From Candidatus Heimdallarchaeota archaeon B3_Heim (lineage in GTDB: Archaea; Asgardarchaeota; Heimdallarchaeia; Hodarchaeales; Hodarchaeaceae), in the NCBI GenBank assembly GCA_003144275.1, contig NJBF01000052.1, positions 1 to 18,667 of the forward strand: a stretch of DNA of 18,667 bases. Direction: 5' to 3'. Below are positions 14,522 to 18,667 of this stretch, piece after piece. The notes beneath the pieces are model-generated. The model saw only the letters and a program-made list of their open reading frames with translations. It was not told the origin of the DNA and made no database searches. Both the position numbers and the translations under genes were made by a program. Every line of letters begins with the position of its first letter. Positions within the stretch are counted from its first letter, which is position 1.

Positions 14522-15769
14522 CTACTTATGATCATAGATATTAATCTTATTAGCATAAATGGATTGAATATTTTCAAGCTGATGCTGATGATAATCAATT
14601 ATGATTTGGGGATCTTTCAGTAAATGTCCAGTCAAAATTGCCACAATTTTCTCTGATGCTAGGATTGTTCCCTCATCTACTAACTTCTTTATGCCTGCTA
14701 ACGTCGAAGCGGATGCTGGCTCACAACCAATTCCCGCACCGTCAATTAATGCCTTCGCATCCAAAATTGATTGATCAGAGACGCTAGTAGCTACTCCGTT
14801 CGTAAATTTCAACGCTTCAAACGCTTTTGAATGACTTACTGGATTACCAATATTTATTGCTGTTGCTATCGTTCTAGGATTCGGTTCAGGGTTATATTTT
14901 CCACTTTCCCAATATTTTACGAATGGTTCTGACCCTTTTGCTTGTACTGCTACAAGATGGGGTATTTCTGTGATTAATTCTAATTCTTGTGCCTCTTTCA
15001 ACGCCTTTCCAAACGCAGAGGTATTTCCCAAATTTCCTGCTGGAGCCACGATCCAATCGGGTGTCTCCCACTTCAAATTCTCCAGGAGTTCAAAAATAAT
15101 GGTCTTTTGACCTTCAATTCGCCAGGGGTTAATACTATTTAATAAATACCTTCCATCTTTTGAGGCTTGATCAATTACCTGTTGCAATGCTAAATCAAAT
15201 GTCCCTTCTACCGTATAGACTTTAGCTCCATAAGCTAATGCTTGTGCTAATTTTCCAAAAGCGACCTTTCCTTTGGGTAGAATTACTGTGGCTTTCATAC
15301 CTGCATATGAAGCATATGCGGCCAATGATGCGGATGTATTCCCTGTTGAAGCACAAACTACCGTATGCATGCCTAGACGTTTTGCTTCCGAAATTCCCAC
15401 AGTCATCCCCCTATCTTTAAATGATCCTGTTGGATTTTCTCCTTCATGTTTAAAGAGGAGGTTTGTACACCCTGCATAGTCAAGTATACGTTGCGAAGCG
15501 TTATATAATCCTGTGTTTCCTTCACCTCGCATGACTATATCTTTATCAGGAATACTAGGATGAATAATGGGTTTAAACCGCCAGACTCCTGAAAGATGGT
15601 GTTCATAGTACTCTAATTCCTTTTTTGGTGATAGAAGCGTCCAATCATGTTTAATTTCGAGTAGCCCTCCACAGGAGCATCTGATGCTTCCTGATGCGAT
15701 AGAATAAGTCTTCTTACAGGTTATACATTTAAAAGTGGAAACTTCTGGCAAGAACTTTCGCTCCATCAT
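14522..15769 (-). CDS. thrC: Threonine synthase (PLP-dependent, fold type II) with N-terminal Cys cluster
   Basis: PLP-lysine motif HEGENPTGSFKDRG, CASTGNTSAS, NSINPWRIEGQKT, PAGNLGN, EPASA, LTGHLLKD. N-terminal CITC...CSC. An alternative start is TTG at 15751. Confidence 0.95.
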   Translation of the reverse strand: MMERKFLPEVSTFKCITCKKTYSIASGSIRCSCGGLLEIKHDWTLLSPKKELEYYEHHLSGVWRFKPIIHPSIPDKDIVMRGEGNTGLYNASQRILDYAGCTNLLFKHEGENPTGSFKDRGMTVGISEAKRLGMHTVVCASTGNTSASLAAYASYAGMKATVILPKGKVAFGKLAQALAYGAKVYTVEGTFDLALQQVIDQASKDGRYLLNSINPWRIEGQKTIIFELLENLKWETPDWIVAPAGNLGNTSAFGKALKEAQELELITEIPHLVAVQAKGSEPFVKYWESGKYNPEPNPRTIATAINIGNPVSHSKAFEALKFTNGVATSVSDQSILDAKALIDGAGIGCEPASASTLAGIKKLVDEGTILASEKIVAILTGHLLKDPQIIIDYHQHQLENIQSIYANKINIYDHK

Positions 15770-16679
15770 TATTAGGTAAACCTATTCTAACTGTTACTTG
15801 TTTATGCATCTCAAATGCTTCTGCCATGGCTTTTCCAATATTTTTTACATCAGAATTTTCATCAGCAATTGCGAAAACAGTTGGTCCTGCCCCAGAAATG
15901 GAGCAACCATAAGCTCCTGCATCTAAAGCTGCTTGTTTGACTTTGTAAAAGTGGGGGATGAGACCTGCTCTGACTGGTTCGATAATGGTATCGACAATTC
16001 CTTGACCCATTAATTTCAGATCCTTTTTGATAATTCCAGCCATAACTAGGCCTGCATAACCAGTACTGTAGATTGAATGTTGTAATGGGATTTCTTTGGG
16101 AATAATTCTTCGAGCATCCGCTGTTAAGATAGAAATGGGGGGGGTGGCAAGGATTACTCGCAGTGTTTTGGGTAAAACAAATTTTGTATAAAGTAATGGA
16201 TTTCTAGATGAAGGTATCACAATAAATCCTCCAAAAAGCGATGGTGCCACGTTATCTCCATGAATTCCTCCGTCGATAGCCTCTTCCGCGACAATACACC
16301 CTTCTAATAAAATTGATTCTAAATTTTCAACATCATTGTTTAGAAAATGGGCAACAGCTTTAACACCGGCGGCGGCACTGGCTGCGCTACTTCCTAGGCC
16401 AGTTCCAATTCCCATCCCTTTTTCAAGTTTAAACTCTACTCCAAAGTCAGCATTGACTTTATTCAACACAAATTGGGCTGCGATGCCAGCTGTATTTTGA
16501 TCAGCCTCCAAGGGTAGTTCTGGAAGATTTGTCTTACTAATAATTACTTTTTTAGGGTTATCTTCTAATTTTTTAGCCTTAATGATATCAACAGGTGAAT
16601 CAACAGCTAATCCATAAACATCAAATCCTGGTCCAATATTAGCGATTGTCGCTGGTGCTGAAACAACAATTTTCTCCAT
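15729..16679 (-). CDS. thrB: Homoserine kinase (GHMP family)
   Basis: APATIANIGPGFD, GHMP ATP loop GMGIGTGLGSSAASAAA, HGDNVAPSLFGG and ISGAGPT; directly upstream of thrC. Confidence 0.95.
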   Translation of the reverse strand: MEKIVVSAPATIANIGPGFDVYGLAVDSPVDIIKAKKLEDNPKKVIISKTNLPELPLEADQNTAGIAAQFVLNKVNADFGVEFKLEKGMGIGTGLGSSAASAAAGVKAVAHFLNNDVENLESILLEGCIVAEEAIDGGIHGDNVAPSLFGGFIVIPSSRNPLLYTKFVLPKTLRVILATPPISILTADARRIIPKEIPLQHSIYSTGYAGLVMAGIIKKDLKLMGQGIVDTIIEPVRAGLIPHFYKVKQAALDAGAYGCSISGAGPTVFAIADENSDVKNIGKAMAEAFEMHKQVTVRIGLPNNDGAKVLARSFHF

Positions 16680-16795
16680 AGGTTTTCCCTTATTTTTCTT
16701 TATACTGTGAAATTAGATCATTGAAATGTATACTTTGAATTCTTAATACTCTTTCATTTAAATGAGATAGCTTAATGCAAAAGAGAAAAATTGAC

Positions 16796-17368
16796 TTAGC
16801 TGTATTGATATTTGTTTTCATTCCACCAATTCAGCCATTTAGATCTACTATCATAACGATTCTTCTTTTTAACACCCATTACAAAAGTACCTCCCTTTCC
16901 TAGTTCTCTCTTAATGTGATAAATCTGTCCAGTGTGACCTAAAAAATGAAGGGATATTCTCTGTATTAATTCAGCAATAGTTTCGGTATTTTTCCCAGTG
17001 TTATGCTCTGGTACTTGTGTAAACTTTTCTTCAGGTAAATTATGAAGGAAAACAAGGCTGATTTTAGAAAATTCAAGAAATTTCTCAATTAATTCCATAT
17101 ACGATAGGGGAAATTCTTTATGATTAGCTCTATCTGGACCCAAAGCGAAATACTCTCGAAAATCTTGATCTAGCTTCCTTTCTCCAAGGCAAAGATAGTT
17201 AAAAATAGTATCCATATGGATTGTAAGATGGCCAAGAACCCATCTTATTGGATTCAAGTTTTTCGTTATTCGTTTTTCAAAATCTTTGGGACTCAATCTA
17301 AAAATAGCTTTTAGAACATTCCACTCAGCTATTTCATAGGTTTCTATTGTGAATGTCTTTAGGTTCAC
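16796..17368 (-). CDS. DinB/YfiT-like four-helix metal-binding protein (DinB_2 family)
   Basis: NPIRWVLGHL and ISLHFLGHTGQI supply the family His triad. GTG start with AAGGG upstream. Confidence 0.8.
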   Translation of the reverse strand: MNLKTFTIETYEIAEWNVLKAIFRLSPKDFEKRITKNLNPIRWVLGHLTIHMDTIFNYLCLGERKLDQDFREYFALGPDRANHKEFPLSYMELIEKFLEFSKISLVFLHNLPEEKFTQVPEHNTGKNTETIAELIQRISLHFLGHTGQIYHIKRELGKGGTFVMGVKKKNRYDSRSKWLNWWNENKYQYS

Positions 17369-17540
17369 TGTAATTTCCCTTATAGAATTGGAAGAAAAAT
17401 GAATTTAAAAAACAATATATCAAGTGTATATTCATATAAGAGAGGAACAGAAATGTCAAATTTTGTTCTTACGAATCTAGAATGTCCTTGACTATTACTG
17501 GTTGATTTAACTGAATCATTGAAAAAGAAATATGATCAGT

Positions 17541-18380
17541 TTATATTTCAATTTGACCAACAGGAGCACTGGCATAAATTTCACGAATATGACGAATTCC
17601 TTCAATAAGTAATGGTGCTAATGCGACGGCAGAATACAATGTTTCATCATTTATCGCTTCCATATGGTTATCCATCATTTTTCTAAAACGAGGTGCTAGT
17701 CCCTCTGTTTGCTCATAAACCTGTGTTCGTGCCTTAATTAGTCGTTTTTTGAGATCTAAACCCGATATTTCGAGTATTTCCCTTGAGAGTTCCTCAATCA
17801 GTGTGTCAATTATAGTTAAAACACTTGCTTTGTCTTGTTCTGTTTTGCAGATAATTTGTTTTCGAATCTTTGTTAATTCTTGTTTAATATTCTTCTCAAC
17901 TCCACCCGATGATTCATTCGTAGCCAATGGTATTTTTAATTGAGAATTGATCAATGAAATATCTGATTTTACGTCTAATATAGCACCTTCAATTTTATTC
18001 ATGCCCTGTGTGAATTCAGATTCCATATTTTCTTGAAAATTTGTAATGAAACCAGTTATATCTTTCATCTGGCTGGTTAATGAGTTAATTGCGAGTTGCA
18101 TTTCACGATTGGAATCTGTGGCCTCGTCTTGTGAATTATTTTGCTGAGTGATTTGAGAAATTGAGGTCAACATTTTGTCGATTTTATCCAATCCTGCAAG
18201 CTGGGAGGTCTCAAGGGTCTTTAAATTTTCTTCTGTTTTTGAAATATCCTGTAATTTTTCATTAACACTTTTTAACACATTTGCTGTGTTTCGGTTACTC
18301 ATTCGAATCCAATTAATAAAATTCTGAATTGTTTCTTCAAGGGTTTTTCCCGGATTTAGTTCAGGATCATATACTCTCAT
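17541..18380 (-). CDS. Hypothetical soluble coiled-coil protein with C-terminal helical domain
   Basis: 279-aa ATG ORF with no TM segment. Heptad-like helices at about aa 33-78 and 92-148, polar linkers (QQNNSQDEATDS; TNESSGG), and a helical C-terminal region from about aa 162. Confidence 0.8.
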   Translation of the reverse strand: MRVYDPELNPGKTLEETIQNFINWIRMSNRNTANVLKSVNEKLQDISKTEENLKTLETSQLAGLDKIDKMLTSISQITQQNNSQDEATDSNREMQLAINSLTSQMKDITGFITNFQENMESEFTQGMNKIEGAILDVKSDISLINSQLKIPLATNESSGGVEKNIKQELTKIRKQIICKTEQDKASVLTIIDTLIEELSREILEISGLDLKKRLIKARTQVYEQTEGLAPRFRKMMDNHMEAINDETLYSAVALAPLLIEGIRHIREIYASAPVGQIEI

Positions 18381-18619
18381 TTTTAAGTCTCATAGGGTAG
18401 TTTTTTGTCAGAAGTATGTTAGGAGTAATCCTCAAAATTCATTACCCATCATTCTAATACCATTGACATTATTGAGGATACAAGCATTTCTTATAATTAT
18501 TTGGAAAAACATCGATTACTTTTTTTTTTAAAATATCGTTGAGATTTCGTCTAAATTGTTGAACACCACCATTAACCTTTAAAAAGAAAACTAAGAAATC
18601 TTAACCTTAGAAATCATCA

Positions 18620-18667
18620 ATGGCCATAGCTGAAATAACAAACGATAAGGAATATGCCATGATTGAC
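18620..18667 (+). CDS. Possible 5' end of a gene running off the window
   Basis: ATG at 18620 reads MAIAEITNDKEYAMID, open to the edge. It follows an AT-rich divergent intergenic region with TTTAAAAA about 40 nt upstream. Too short to identify. Confidence 0.35.
   Translation, partial: MAIAEITNDKEYAMID

Noticed and set aside
14460-14524. Possible TAG read-through of thrC (frame continues YERQKKKEKGLIDNIQDIIKG)
   Set aside because: All core ThrC motifs precede the stop. The Lys run is just the antisense of the oligo-T terminator, the frame runs into the convergent zinc-ribbon gene, and no pyrrolysine genes are present.
16680-16795. Thr-rich attenuator leader or riboswitch upstream of thrB
   Set aside because: There is no Thr/Ile-rich leader peptide (only MKEY* and MI*) and no T-box-like or GC-rich structure.
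17453-17491. Micro-ORF MSNFVLTNLECP with GAGAGG upstream
   Set aside because: It is only 12 codons, opposite to both neighbours, with no further support.
5360-17943. The other short ORF-track entries nested in or antisense to long genes (for example 5360-5593, 9367-9567, 12896-13327, 15238-15420, 17749-17943)
   Set aside because: They overlap well-supported genes wholly or largely and carry no recognisable motifs.

Overview
Low-GC prokaryotic chromosomal window. It is inferred to come from an Asgard archaeon (Heimdallarchaeia/Hodarchaeales-like) on the basis of protein styles, a TPGW C-terminal sorting signal and T-tract terminators; no marker gene is present to confirm this. Gene order: (+) Trp/Asp-rich cell-surface protein with eight ~117-aa repeats; (-) PlsC-family acyltransferase; (+) 1044-aa fusion of a family-5 solute-binding domain, a TSP3-like Ca-binding motif, a TM helix and a ~300-aa cytoplasmic helical/TPR-like domain; (-) heterodimeric type IV ABC exporter pair; (+) FLVCR/SLC49-like MFS transporter; a gene-poor stretch with small ORFs including a CxxC-x17-CxxC zinc-ribbon protein missed by the ORF track; (-) thrB-thrC; (-) DinB-family protein; (-) coiled-coil protein of unknown function. 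No rRNA, tRNA, CRISPR or mobile element was seen. The most interesting signal is the orphan SBP-TM-TPR protein, whose architecture is that of a single-pass transmembrane receptor rather than a transporter subunit. Next are the repeat surface protein (two-domain duplication, co-varying cysteines, sortase-type tail) and the nearby ester-lipid acyltransferase and eukaryote-like choline/ethanolamine-type transporter.
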